From positions 12,834,001-12,898,000 of the forward strand of contig OZ024747.1 of NCBI GenBank assembly GCA_964016885.1: a stretch of 64,000 bases of DNA. Direction: 5' to 3'. This DNA comes from Eledone cirrhosa (lineage: Eukaryota). Positions 24,531 through 39,869 of the stretch are shown one piece after another. Below the pieces are notes generated by a model that saw nothing but the letters and a program-made list of their open reading frames with translations, did not search any database and was not told the origin of the DNA. The position numbers and the translations under genes are program-made. Each line of letters starts with the position of its first letter. Position 1 is the stretch's first letter.

Positions 24531-27143
24531 AATCAAATTTTTTTTTCACTGATGTTTTTACTACCTGTACATTTAGTACATAGAAAGCCTAACCTTCCTG
24601 TTAGTCTGTCTGTTATTCTACAACATTGCTTGTCTACCCCAGATTTACATTGTGTGCATGATAAAGAGTTTCTACCTCCTGTTTTCTACATAAGCCACTA
24701 TGATGAAATATGGGTTGTTTTCTTTCCCTACTTACTAAAACTTTGGAAAAAAAACAAAGTTTATACTAAGCTATTCTGGCATACTCAATTTTCTAATCTA
24801 AATTTTGAATAAATCAAGGAAAAATATTTCTTTTTATGGAAATATACATGTTCAAAGTAAACAATACATATTAGCAAAAATAATTCAACATGACTGTAGT
24901 ATCTCAGATGATAGAGACTATTATTAAATTAATTGAATTTGACTAAAAGGAAAAAAGCTTTATGTATATTCCACAAAGTCTAATTTTGGACTGTGAGGAG
25001 TGAAAAGATATCTCTTTTGTGTAGTTTGAAAGCTCAAGCATCATAAAAAGATATAATTTTCTTGTATTTATTTGAATTTACAAGAATTGTAAATTTTATG
25101 TAATATACACAGATAGCCTTCTGGCTTAAGACAAACTTTAGATTTGATAGATTATATATGCAGATAGCCATAATGGTAGGGTTAACTTGATGACTTTGTA
25201 AAATATAGATTAATTATGCAATTAAAGAGAAGTTCATCAACAACAAAAGGTTTCTGGAGTGAAAATAGGTTGCTATGTTTTGCTTTAATTTAGTATTTTG
25301 TGTGTTGCATATGTTGATGGTAGTTGTCATTGTATTTTAGATGATGCTTTAACATAAAACCATAGGGCAGAGGTTTGTGTATTTATATTTATTTTTTTTT
25401 ATTTTTTTTATAGCAGAACTATAAAAACAATCTTTAACAGATTGATTGGTTTTAAGTTCTGGATACAATATATGTGGCTCATTATTAGTTTGCAAGATTA
25501 GAAGAAACTATTTAACAATTTATCATTAGAAAGTGTATTGTTTCAACCTAATTTACTCTAAAGTGTCACTATCTTGATACTGTAGGATGCAACTTGGGGA
25601 TTCATTTGTTATCTGTGGATCACTAGAGAATGAAATATGAGGTTGTTATAGTGTTCTAGTTGTATAGCATGGAGATGTTGTATAGCTTGGAGATGTTTTA
25701 TAGCATGGATATAGGAAAACCTTTTGATATAAAAAACAGATCAGTAATACCATTGATCATTTACATTGTCCATTTCAATGTCATTCTCAAACCATTTTAT
25801 TCCCATTGCAACTTGAAAAATTACATTTGCTATAATCCTGATCCATTAGCCTTTAGCTATGTATTACACTGATTAGTTTAGAATAAAATTTTGGTTCTTT
25901 TTATTGCTTTTATCAACAACATACCTTTCTGCTAATCTTGCTCAAATATCTTTCTTCCTTAGTTGGAGAAATATAATGTCAGGAGGGATTTCTCTTAGTT
26001 CTAGAATTAATATTTTATCTTGTGGAATTTCTGGGAGGAATATAATCTCTATTGTATAATTGTAATCTTAGAATTAGAAATGTTTGACAAAAATTTCAAG
26101 GACAAAATACAAGGGGTGGCCCAGGAATTGAACTCGTTATTGTGAATCCAACTTTTTAATTACTAAGCCATGCATAAATAGTTATAAGTAGAGATTAATA
26201 GGAATGTATTGGAGGTGAGGTTTTGTTTAATGTGCTCTGCCTTATACATGTTTTGTGTGCATATGTCCTATTTGTATGCTAGTGTATGTGTGTACATGTA
26301 TCAGTTGGAGAATTGTCTCATGTAGATTTGTGTGTGTTTCATGAGTGCTGGCTTATGTGTTTTGTATTATGTGTGCAAAGGACCAAATAGGCAACAACCT
26401 AAGGTGCATACTCCAAGGAGGCACATTACTGAATCTTAAATTATCAGTTTTTTACACATTTGTATAATAAACTTGAATATATGAATGTATGTATAGTATA
26501 TTTGATAATATACTTAAATATATAATAATTTCTTGTAATGAATAAATAAATCTCTTAGCATCTTTGCTGCAGAGCAATATTGTGAAAATATCCAAAGTGA
26601 TAGAGAGGGTCAAATTGTCTTATGACCTGTCGTGTGATTTGGTATGGGTGAGTGCAGACTGTGTAGGCTTAATTATTTTCTTTTAGTGTGGTCCAACCTA
26701 GAAGTGTCAAAAATTAGGTTTGTCAGCTTCTGAAACTGTTGAAATTATTTTACTAGGGAGAATGGGGCCAATAACTGGGAGAAGGTGTGCACATTGTAGA
26801 GTTAATCTAGGGCTCCAAATACCCAGGTGCTTGCTTGCAATGTGTTTGTTTACATAAATGTATCCCTTAATATATAAGGTAAGAGTCAGCTATATTTGTG
26901 CAGTTTGTTGTGTTAGATGTAGTTTTATGATAGTATTGATCTAAAAAACAACAGAAATGAGGAGAAAGGATTTTATGATTGTATGCATAATGTTTGTATA
27001 TATAAGGTAGGTAAAAATAATTGTATCATTGAAAACAAAAGGAGCTATGGGAAACTGGTCACCCTATAGGGTTAATAGCATCTTAGATATTCTATTTAAA
27101 GTTATATAGGTATAATGTTTTGTTTAAAATAAGCTGCTGAATT

Positions 27144-27352
27144 TTAACCCTTTCACAACCATATTTCTAATGAAATACATGCTGTTTCAATTAATTGATG
27201 AAGAATTTTGAAGGATTTAATAAAATTATTATTTCAGTAATATCACATATCATTATCAAAGAAAATTATGTTGGAAGATATTAATTTAAAATAAGTGGTT
27301 TTGTTCTGTAGAACCAGAGGTACTTCTTGGCTGGTTGGTAACAAATGGGTTG
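27144..27352 (-). mobile_element. piggyBac-type MITE B
   Basis: TTAA-CCCTTTCACAACCATATTTCTAATGAAA ... TGGTAACAAATGGG. Confidence 0.7.
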
Positions 27353-27443
27353 AGTATAATTAGGTGTAAAGTTAGTGCAAATAGTTGAAAATAAATACAA
27401 TTTAATATTATCAAATTGTTCCAAGTTTAAATACTGCCTAGCT

Positions 27444-27477
<34 letters not shown>

Positions 27478-28679
27478 CCTTTTTTCCTTTTTTTTCCTTT
27501 TATTTCTCTAGGTGTCAAAATATTTAATACCAGTAATATATTGGGTCCGGTGGGGGTGTTTTCTCAATAAATGCTTTTCTTCTCCAAATAAATTGGTTTT
27601 ATGCTCTAAGATAGAAGCTAATAACTAGACTAAGAATCACTTTCAGTGAATAGTGGCATCTTCCATTCTATTTAATTTTAGTTTTGTTGTCAATAAAAGT
27701 AGCAGCAGTTACTATTTCCTCGAAGAGTCTCAAGCATTTGTTCGAGATTCTTATCACAGAATTCCATACTGAAATCATCTGTTTCAATTACGTTTCTATT
27801 ACATCCTAGTAAATCTTTGTTAGGACTAATAAATTACATATTTATAAACTGCAATGTGTTCAGAATGGTTTAGAATCCAATAAACACAAACCTGGAAAGA
27901 TTATTATGTAAATTATCTCTGTTTCAGTTTTGAGCAGGGAATATTATTAAATCTTTAATAATGGTTTACTAATGTGTTTGTGTCATTGGCCTTGCTGCTC
28001 TCTGTAACATTCTGTATATTAAACCACCCGAAACTGCCCTTAACTATATAATACAACCCATTTTAAAGCGTTCATATATCAAATTGAAACTTTCCATTAT
28101 AATTTCATCTAAGAACCTTTCTTTTATCTATGAAAGAAAAATTCTTACAAAATGAAAACATTTATTTTATTAAATTCATTCATGTTTATTTTAAAAATCA
28201 ACTAAAATGTATAAGCCATGTAATTCCTTAGAAATGTGGTCATGAAGGGGTTTAAAAACTTGTTTTTAGTGTCCTTTGACTGATATTATTTTCTGGCACT
28301 AGATATAGAAGCAGGAATTTCTCTTACTCCAATTAATACTGAAATACTCTTTGGTTTATCTCCAAAAGGTTCTGTCACTCCACATCAAACATTTGTTGTT
28401 TAATGAGTTTAACTTTCAGATCTAGAGAATCTTACCAGACACTGTTCTTTGATACATATTAAATAGCTATATTATCCTTTTGCTTCATAATGATGCTCTT
28501 TCACTGACCCTAACTTCAGGTGCTTATTGCATTTCCCATTATTAGTCTTTCTGTATATTAAGATATCTCTGTATGAACATCCTAAAACTTAGCTTTAAGG
28601 AGATGACTAGACTTAGGGTAGGTATATTACAGTAACTTCTCGTTTGTCATTCTATTAATCTTAAACTTAAATTACAATT

Positions 28680-28923
28680 TTAACACTTTTGACACTAAAA
28701 CTGCCTGAAAAACTTTCTGATTTTATTATACAAAACATGTTAATATTTAGCTAAAATCTTTCCATCATAATTTTATGCAAAAACATTTGTTATGTTCCAA
28801 ATACCAGCTAAATAATGAAGTTAATTATATTAATAAATCTCTCTAAATTCTTGATTATTTTCAAAATAATTTGAAAATCATAATTGGTGTCTTTCATTAG
28901 AAATATGGTATGGAAAGGGTTAA
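28680..28923 (+). mobile_element. piggyBac-type MITE B
   Basis: Ends TTTCATTAGAAATATGGTATGGAAAGGG-TTAA. Confidence 0.75.
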
Positions 28924-29182
28924 CAAAAATTGTGATTCTACAAATCTGAAATGTAGATTACGATTTTAACAAAGCTTCTATCATGAAGAGACTTTTCCAA
29001 TGTAGTTTTGTGTTATTACTTTTGATTATGTAGCTGTACTTTGGAATTATGGGTCAACTGGTGGTTGGAGTAAAAGACACTAGCCCTATATACCAGAAAG
29101 TTGGATCAAAACCATTACCACATGATTTTGGAGCAAATTCCTTAACAATTTGTCCATGCTGTGTCTATGTATGAAACCTTCA

Positions 29183-30763
<1,581 letters not shown>

Positions 30764-30765
<2 letters not shown>

Positions 30766-31137
30766 AGGCACATAGCTTAGTGGTTAGAGCATTGGCCTTG
30801 CAATCGAAAGGTTGTGAGTTCAATTCTCAGACCGGGTGATGTGTTGTTCCTTGGGCAAGACACTTTATTTCACATTGCTCCAGTTTACTCAGCTGTAGAA
30901 ATGAGATGATAGGGACTGGGGTCCATATCATTCCACTGCAAAGTGGTCGTGGAGGTGCCACGGCAAAAAAGCACCCAGCTCACACTGTAAAGTGGACGTG
31001 TAGGTACCACGGAAAAAAAGCAGCCACCACTCACTGTAAATGAGGAAGGGCATCCATCCAGCTGTAGAAATCAAGCCAGAATCAGTTCCCGTCCCACCCT
31101 TGCAAGCAGGGAAAAGCGAATGTAAAATGATGATGAT
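30764..31137 (+). mobile_element. SINE family B
   Basis: Full-length homolog of 10397-10742. Confidence 0.9.
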
Positions 31138-31181
31138 ATATGTCTTCACATTTATTATTTTATATATATATATAGAGAGAG

Positions 31182-31475
31182 AGAGATTACAATAATCAAA
31201 GTTCAGTTTAAATCATTTATTTGCTTACAATTGTTTCCTCCAAACCGAGGTTTGGATTCTTCGGAGCAACTATTTAGTGATCTCTCACATACTTGACCTC
31301 CTTTTCAACACAAGAGACATGTTTCCTCCAAATGATTTAAACTGAACTTTGATTATTGTAATCTCTATATAACCGCTCTGTAAAACGACCGATGTTATTA
31401 CATTGAGCTATTTATCTTACTGGTAATAAGATAGTAATTAATGACTATCTTTCACTATTTAGGGTTTGTATAAAA
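31182..31475. mobile_element. Fold-back Penelope-like insert
   Basis: 37-bp inverted arms 31182-31218 and 31330-31366 enclosing a hammerhead; (TA)(GA) tract on the left; right boundary approximate. Confidence 0.6.
31221..31269 (-). ncRNA. Minimal type I hammerhead ribozyme, U4C core variant
   Basis: Minus strand reads TTGCT-CCGAAGA-A-TCCAAAC(CTCG)GTTTGGA-G-GAAA-CAATTG-TA|AGCAA: 5-bp stem I, 7-bp stem II, palindromic CAATTG stem III, GUA triplet. Confidence 0.75.
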
Positions 31476-31522
31476 AATATATAACCATAAAAGGTTTTAT
31501 TACATACATAACCATAAATAGT

Positions 31523-31871
31523 ATCATCATTTCATCATCATTTCATTTTACGTCCACTTTTCCCTGCTTGCAAGGGTGGGACTGGAACTGATTCTGGCTT
31601 GATTTCTACAGCTGGATGCCCTTCCTAACACCAACCTCATTTACAGTGAGTACTGGGTGCGTTTTTTTTGCCGTGGCACCTACACGTCCACTTTACAGTG
31701 GAATGATATGGACCCCAGTCCCTATCATCTCATTTCTACAGCTGAGTAAACTGGAGCAATGTGAAATAAAGTGTCTTGCTCAAGGAAACAACACATCGCC
31801 CGGTCTGAGAATTGAACTCACAACCTTTCGATTGCAAGGCCAATGCTCTAACCACTGAGCCATGTGCCTCC
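31523..31871 (-). mobile_element. SINE family B
   Basis: Reverse-complement full-length copy. Confidence 0.9.
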
Positions 31872-31880
31872 ATATATATA

Positions 31881-32050
31881 ACAAAGAAGGTGTGGTAAGA
31901 TTCCAAGTGGACCATAACGCACCAGATTACTCGATACTTAGGGTAGTAGAGTGGGTAATAGAAAAAGAGTCAGGACCCCGACGGCTGAGCTCCGAATGTT
32001 TTGACCGAAATGGCTGGAGCTCAGCCGTCGGGGTCCTGACTCTTTTCCTA
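31881..32050. mobile_element. Fold-back Penelope-like insert in (TA)n with hammerhead 3' half
   Basis: 35-bp GC-rich inverted arms 31959-31993 and 32016-32050 (1 mismatch); + strand GACC-GAAA-TGGCTG-GAGCT-CAGCCG-TC|GGGG; TA tracts on both sides. Confidence 0.6.
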
Positions 32051-32107
32051 TATATATATATATCATTGAGCATCAACAAATGCTCCTTGTTTTTGTAACA
32101 ACCAATA

Positions 32108-32675
32108 CATCATCATCATCATCTTCGTTTAACGTCCATATTCCACGCTTGCATGGGTTTGGACGGGAGTTTTCCCACTTCAGGCAAGAGTGGTTGTCTT
32201 GCTCGCATAGGACTGTCTGGCGGGTTTTCTACGGCTGGATGCCCTTCCTAACACCAGCCACATTTACAGTGTGGAACTGGGAGGTTTTTACCGTGTTACC
32301 TACACGGTCACATTAAAGCGTGGACTGTGTGTTTTTTTGTTGTGACACCTACACGACCTCATTTGTTTCGGGCTGGATGTTGTGGTACCAACATAACTTT
32401 ACATTGAAAGGGGTGGTGTGGATGGGGTGGAGATAGTGGGGTGGGGGTGTATTTTGTTAGAGGTGCCTACTGACTGTAGTAGGTTTCACTTTGCACTTAG
32501 GTAAGGCGGGTCTTCTCTATTACTGTGTAGCGCCAAAGATCTTGGTCCAGTGACATTGTCTTGGAGAGGTGTAAGTGTGTGAGGTCGGAATTTATCAAGT
32601 CGTCCCAGGTTTTTCAGGGTCTGCCTACTCCGTGGCTACCGTTTATTTTTATTGCCCTGCACTTTTTTATACAGC

Positions 32676-32680
<5 letters not shown>
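32108..32680 (-). mobile_element. RTE LINE 3' end, same subfamily as 43609-44759
   Basis: Near-identical reverse complement of about 44195-44758, including the (CAT)n tail. Confidence 0.9.
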
Positions 32681-32712
<32 letters not shown>

Positions 32713-33819
32713 TTGTGAGATATTGTTCATTACAGTTAATTTTAACTCATAAGATTCTGGATAGGATATTTGAAATCTAGTTCACTGCATAAGTGCCAGA
32801 AATATCAGTCTCAATTCTACTTAATATAGTGTGCTAGTCTGATTTGGATTTAGAATGAATGTCGGTGACATTTTTAATAGCTAAGCCTATTCTTTCTTTT
32901 ATATACATTCTCATATATCAAGATACTTTAAGTTTTGGACTTGTTTTCATGTTTCTCTTCTTGTGTGACATTTGTGTTCTGCTTGTTGACATTAATAGAA
33001 AGTTATATTGAGATGAAATTTTATTCAACTTCATAATAATTAATGTTGCATGTGTGATTGAAATTTTCTTGTTTAAACTGGAATAGTAAAGGCATTGATC
33101 AAGCAACAAGAATATCAAATAAGAAAGAATTCAAAAATGTGGAGAAAAAAAATATTAATAGTGTTGTATCAATGTGTGTTGATTAACGAGGTTATAAACT
33201 AGAGTATAGAGAGATATTTACAACAGAATTTGGTAGAACATTTTGAACATATTGTATGTATGTTGGTGGACCATAGTTATATATCGTATGACTTAGACAT
33301 TTTAAACTTAACAGATCCCATCCCCTCCCCATGTCTGAACACAGCTAATTTCTTTATAAAAGGAGAGAGAGAGAGTGGAAAAATCGACCTTAGTATTGAA
33401 TAGGTATTAATCCATCTCTAAAGGATGAAAGGCAAAGTTCAACAGAGAACTGGAACAAACAGCAAAGAATTTTATTTGATTAACATCTTGAATGAAACGA
33501 AATATATTCTATTGTTTTGAATTAACTTGTGATAGTTTGTTCAAAGGCTATTAGTAGCAACCATGCCAAAACGGAATGTATGAGCAAGACGTGATCATCT
33601 AACATACAAACCTCAGAACATGACAGCCCGCCTCACCCATACCAACATGAAAAATAGACATAAAACAGTGATGATTGTTTTCCCAGGTGAAATATAAGGA
33701 GTTAAGATAGTTTACTAGGTTCAAACAATATCTGCAGCATTGGTCCTTGGAATGGTGGCAGTGTAGTCTTAGCAGAATTCTGAATTTGTCTTCTATAATG
33801 GAATTCATTTTTTAATTGA

Positions 33820-34150
33820 TGATGGATTTAATTTAGGTTTTCACTGGGAGCATTCAGTTGTTCAAACAACTGAACTACCTTCACATTAAATTAATATGTA
33901 AGTGTGTGAGTATTCCACAGACATGTATAGACTTCATATAATTCTCAGGCTGAGTCAGTATGACACAGTATGTGACAAAAGTGGAGCTTTAAATCACATG
34001 TGTCCAGCTGACAGACTTCCACACAGTTTCTGTCTAGTCAGTTTCACTCACAAGACTTGAGTCACCACAAAGCTGGGATAAAAGACAGATTTTCAAGATG
34101 AACTTGAACCCTCATGATTGTGAAGCAAACTTCTTAACCACATAGTCAAG
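33820..34150 (-). mobile_element. Old SINE sharing its body with 60333-60650
   Basis: Reverse-complement homology (GAGTATTCCACAGACATGT); degenerate tRNA head near 34100-34148. Confidence 0.6.
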
Positions 34151-35124
34151 TCTACCTCCAGACAATTTGCTTAATATAAATAGTAACAGGAAAATACAGA
34201 ATTTTCATCTTATTCCCTGAGGGGATAGTGTTAAACCTAAGGAGTTTTGTATTTCCTAATATTAGCTTCCTCCTCTTAACAGTTTACACAATGGTGTAAT
34301 TAGCTGATAAGTTCAGAGATTGTTATTTATTTAATTGCGTATGAATGTATACATGTACCCATATGTTTGATAGAGAGAAAATAGATGTCACTTGAAAATG
34401 TGGCTAATATGAGAAATATAATTCTTTACATGTGCAAAAATTCAATGTGTTCAAATAACCTTTTGATAGAATCCATATCAGTGTCAGAAAAATTCAGGTT
34501 GACATGAATAGAAAACGTGTGTATGTTTATATTACATACTCAGTAAAGTAGTCAGTGGTAGAAAGGGCATCCAGCTATAAAAACGTGTCAAATAAAAGGT
34601 TGGTAGTGCTCTTCAGCTGTGTCGAAGATATGACAATGTCCACGATAAAATGTACTTGGTAGAGTGTGATAATATATATGAGATGCAAGTCCTTTGGTCA
34701 TCTGAGCACTCAGTAGAGTGCAGTAATGTATGTAAGCAAGATACAGGCCCCTGGTATGTCTAAAAGGTCAGTAGCTCCACTTGATTGCTGACTCAATCTT
34801 TGATGACCTGTCCAACCCTTGCTAGAAAGGAAAAGTGATGTTAAAAGATGTTAAAAGTGATGTTGTTTGTTTTATCCAAAAAAATATAAAGGTGTTCAAT
34901 ACACAATATACAATGTGTGCCAAGGTTGGCCCCTGTTAAATTATAAGTCCACTCCATCATAATGGGTTTTTGTGCAGTTACCCCTTTATTCAATTCCACT
35001 CACAGGATTTGGTTTAATCTGATGGTATGATGGAACATACTTGCCCAAGATGCCACTCAGTGGGGCCAAACCTAGGACCTCATAATTGTGGAACAAACTT
35101 CTTAACCATTTGGTTGCGCGCGCG

Positions 35125-35209
<85 letters not shown>

Positions 35210-35756
35210 CTCTTTCTCTCTTTCTTTCTCTCTCTCTTTCTCTCTCTCTCTGCTTGTTATCATTTTGGGATGGAGCCATCTAGATAAATAAACGATAAAA
35301 TTAGGCAGAGGATATAATGGTATCTGTTTGGCAGCCATTACTTTTTGATAACAATAACCTTGATTATATGTAATTTCCACAGTGTGTGAGAGGGAGAAAG
35401 AAAGACAGAGCGAGTGAGAAAGAGAGAGAGAATGAGACAGTGAGAGAGAACGAGGGAGAAACACACACAACAATAACATAGATAGCAACTTAACTTTTTT
35501 ATGGTGAGTGAGAGAAAATTTTTGTTTAATATATATTTTTTCATATTAAAAGTGTATCTCTTCATTTTTAAATTTTGAGGACTAATCAAGCTTAAAACTA
35601 ATAAATTAGTTCCATGGTAGTTAAAAAACATGAGTTTTGGAAATTTCATGTTGAAAAAAACTGAATAAAAGAGGTGACAAGTAATGGGCTGGTGTCAAGA
35701 AGTGTATCAAGCTGTAGAATATTGCCTAAAAAAAAAAAAGTTTTGCCCAACCCATG

Positions 35757-35944
35757 TTAACCCTTTAGCATTTAAGGCTTTATCTCACATAATATTGAAT
35801 TTGAGATTTTGATATTATTTATTTTGAGAACAATACCTCAGCATTAGTATGACTGACTGGTTGTGGCCGGTTACAACCAGTTTGAACAGAAATAGGTGAG
35901 AGAATTCTGGCTGGATATGGGCGGTTTAAATACTAAAGGGTTAA
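35757..35944 (+). mobile_element. piggyBac-type MITE A, internally deleted
   Basis: TTAA-CCCTTTAGCATTTA ... TAAATACTAAAGGG-TTAA. Confidence 0.88.
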
Positions 35945-37772
35945 TAGATGTAAAAATGATGATAGGGGTTCTCATCCCAATAGCAAACATTCTTACCAGG
36001 TTTCCTGTTTGGGGATAGCTTGACATTTTGATGTGCTGCTTTCTTTCTATAGTAGCAGCCCATATCTTTTGGTGTCCCCCCCCCCCAACCCCTGTTCCAC
36101 CTTCACTAGTCCTAGAGGCCCTGTTAAAGGTTATCAGAAACAAACAATAAAAGTATGACTAACCCATAATAAATAAAACTGTAAAAATAGTGTTTTTTTT
36201 CTTCTTTTTTCGGAGAGCTACAGTAATGAAAATAAGACATTAAATATTAAAAATAAAGATAATAAAGTTGTTGGAATGTTACCTTGCAGGTGTTAATTAG
36301 TCCTTAATATTGTGGGATAAAATCTCTTTGTCAAAAGAAAGGTTAAAGAAACTAACAGTAAGCAGTATACCTTATGTTGTTCTTATGCTGCCATTTTTTA
36401 ATCTGAAAGTGGTAATATATTTTTTTCAACTCTGAAACTCTCTCTTATAAAAGAAACACATTAGGTAGTGGATTGGCAGGATTGTTAAAATGTCAAAATA
36501 TCTTGAGGTTTAATTTAAGTTCAGAATATAAAAAACCTAAACAAATCAACTATCAGCTTTCTTGCTTCTTTTATCTCATTGAAAAGAATAATTAAATGTA
36601 GAAATTTATAACTTATGGCAAGATTTCAGCATGTATTTATTTATTTGTTTCAATTTATATCTCAATTAGTGAGCAATAGCATTGTTGGAAACAGGTTTTC
36701 AATAAGCCACTCACTACATTTCTAATGATGAGGAGTGACAAAGGAGTATTTGTAACTTGATGCAGAACAAATATCACATAGGACTTTGAAAATCATCACT
36801 TATTTGGTTACCTTGGTTTACTTGCGTGATCATGCCAGAAGAAAAACACTTCAACATAAAATATGAATAATTTAATCATTTATGTTGACTTTTCTATGCT
36901 GGCATGGGCTGGACGGGACTTTCTGAGGCAGTTTTACATCCGGATGGCCTTCTTGATACTAAATCCCTTTAGTAATTTCTAACGACACACAAGGATATGA
37001 TGTACTTATTTTAAACTAGATACATGTGTATGTTGAAACTAAAACCAGAAACAGATTAGTTTGTGGCATTGTTTTTGTTTGTGGCATACACTTTTGTTAA
37101 AACATTCTATTTTATAGAATTAAAACAGGTGTAATTTAAAATTTTTTGCAATATATCACTTTGTTTCAGTTTGAAAATAAATGTTTTATTTATTAATCTC
37201 TTTAGAAATTATTTTATTTTTATCAATATCCTTTGTTATAATGAAACTTTAGGTTACACATTTTATAAAATGCCCTTTGTTTTAAACATCAGTTTTGCCA
37301 CAAAAGATGAAACAATATATATATGATATTAAAATTATATATGAAATATACTAGTTTATTTTATGAAATTCATGTTAGAAAATTATTAATATAAGCAATA
37401 TTGAGTAGTTTTATTAAAATCACTCTCTTAAAATTATGTAGTGATGGTAAACAAGATACATAAAAAATGAGCTAAAATAAAATAACTCAAGTAGTCCTAA
37501 AGTATGAATTTAGATAAGTTAATGTCAATGTACTAGATGATGTACTAGAAAATATTTCAATTAATTCCTTTTTAATTTTGAGAAGGAAAAATAAAATTTA
37601 GTGGTAATTAACAACTACCAACGACAAGGGGAGATAATTTTAGGTAAACACAATTCAAGTTCTTTAGTTTGAATAAAACAAACTATATTCCTGTAGCAAT
37701 GAATTTTGTTTTGTAATTGTAGGTTTCCTCAATGTTACTTCTTTTTGTTTTCACTTTTAGAACAGTTTAACC

Positions 37773-37958
37773 CAGGCATGTCAAACTGAGGGTCCCCCCG
37801 AGGACCACATGGGTCACATGTGTTGTCTGAGGGTCACACACGACAACTAATTGCACACATTACAACAAAATTTATGAAGATAAATCATGCTTGTGCTGTA
37901 AAAACCTCTGTGCGGGCCGCAGGTGTGCTTGTAAAGGGCTGCATGTTTGACATACCTG
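37773..37958. mobile_element. hAT (Charlie-type) MITE
   Basis: TIRs CAGGCATGTCAAAC / GTTTGACATACCTG; perfect 8-bp TSD GTTTAACC. Confidence 0.92.
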
Positions 37959-37960
37959 GT

Positions 37961-38178
37961 TTAACCCTTTAGCATTTACATTACTCTGTATAAACTATTG
38001 TAATTTTGTGGTAAAGGCTTACCTCACATAATATCAAATCTATGAGGTTTTGATATTATTTATTTTGAGAATTATACCTTAACATCATCAGTATGTGTGG
38101 CCGGTTATGGCTGGTTTGAACAGAAAAAGGTGAGAGAATTCTGGCCAGATACAGCCGGTTTAAAGTCTAAAGGGTTAA
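37961..38178 (+). mobile_element. piggyBac-type MITE A
   Basis: TTAA-CCCTTTAGCATTTA ... CTAAAGGG-TTAA. Confidence 0.88.
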
Positions 38179-38688
38179 ATAGCTAAACATTCAGTTGTTA
38201 TATTTCAAATTTGCTAATCTAGTTTTATCACTGATTCTAGTGAATATCTAAAAACAAGTTAAAATGTCTTCAATCTTTATTTCATTTTAAACTAGTTTTA
38301 CCTTTCATGAAATGTTCAGTGTTTTAGTACTAAAAAGATAATTAAGCTAGTGTAGTCACTTCAACCATTAAAGTCTCTTTTATCTTTGTAAAAAATGTAA
38401 TTATTTATAAATACATTGCAAAACAACATGGCTGGGTTAACCATGAAGTAAAATAAGCACATGTTTAGTACATCAAGGTAAGAGAGGCACCGTTTTATTG
38501 AAATCAAATATATTTGCTATTCTACCCATCTGTTAAAAGGGTGGATGAACTCTTTAATCAATGGCTATCCACACCAACAATGGGTTAAATAGCATTACTG
38601 ACCTGCAATTGGTCAAGTGTGGTGAGTACAGCTACATCCCTTATATGACCAAAACTAAATAGAAAGCAGTGGAGGTGAACCAGGGAGG

Positions 38689-38800
38689 GGTTTGTCTAAC
38701 CAGGGAGGGGTTCCTCCAGCCAAGGAGGGATTCCTCCAGTCAGGAAGGGGTTCCTCCAGCCAGGGAAGGGTTCCTTTAACCAAGGAGGGGTTCCTCTAAC
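38689..38800. repeat. About 20-bp tandem repeat x5-6
   Basis: CCAGGGAGGGGTTCCTCCAG variants. Confidence 0.9.
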
Positions 38801-39808
38801 AGGAGTGAGAAGATTCTGGATTGGATTCCACCCAAACATTTTTTCCAGATTACATATATGGGAAGCACCATAATGTTTTAAGTGTTTAGGGCTTCAAAAG
38901 AACTTAATTTAGTTCTGTGGAATAGTGACTAATTCAATGTGACTATTAACTTATTTCAGTATAATTCAAGGCATGAAACCTATTTCCAGGACATTACAGA
39001 CATGTAACACTTTTTACTTTGTACTGCTTTTTGACTGAGACTTCATGCTTTCTATACTGTGATTGTGTAAAATTTGTATTTGATAGTTATCTATAAATTA
39101 ACTATCTTTAATTGTAGTAATTACTTAGTAAAGGTTTAGTATGTTAATTTAGAGATTCAATTTCTGAAAAGGAAGAATTGACTTTTGAAGTATTTTCTCA
39201 ACAGTCATAAATAATGTATTTTATTTGAATAGAAAATCTGTTATTAGAAACAATATAATTTGAATACTTTTTGTCTATAATAATAGTTGTTGTTGTAGAA
39301 AGATCACATTTGCAATTAATTTGTTTAGTATAAGGTATAGATGGGAAAAAAATATTTTTTTTCCTTTTAAATGTGTCATTTTATCAATATATTTATATTT
39401 TTGATTTACAATATTTCCAAACTAATTGCAGTGTCTCCCGTATGGTTAAAATTATAGTCGTTAAAACCACGTAAAAACACAACTCTGAAATGGAAAATGT
39501 TTTGGATATTTGTATTTTTCAATTGCATTTTTTTTCCATATTTCAAAATATGGAAATACCAAGAACTTCTAACATCCATCAAAGATAATTTTTATTTTAA
39601 ATTATGTTCATTTTGTTATTTAAAAAAAAAGTTGTTGCTAGGATCTTTGTAAACAGGAAATCTTTCACAGATAATCTATTTTTGATTGTGCTCAGATATA
39701 CTCAAATATTCTGCATTAGAAAGTCAATTAGATATACCAAACTCTCTCTCTTTTATATATCGTCTAACCCATGCTAGCAAGGAAAAATGACGTTAAATGG
39801 TGGTGATG

Positions 39809-39869
<61 letters not shown>

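Noticed and set aside
27445-27540. Strong + strand splice acceptor after poly-T
   Set aside because: No convincing donor or ORF follows; probably just a poly-T tract.
35994-36120. Minus-strand exon candidate (CTTTAACAG acceptor, CTG|GTAAGA donor)
   Set aside because: Frame runs through a G homopolymer and the peptide is unrecognisable; could be chance, though not excluded.
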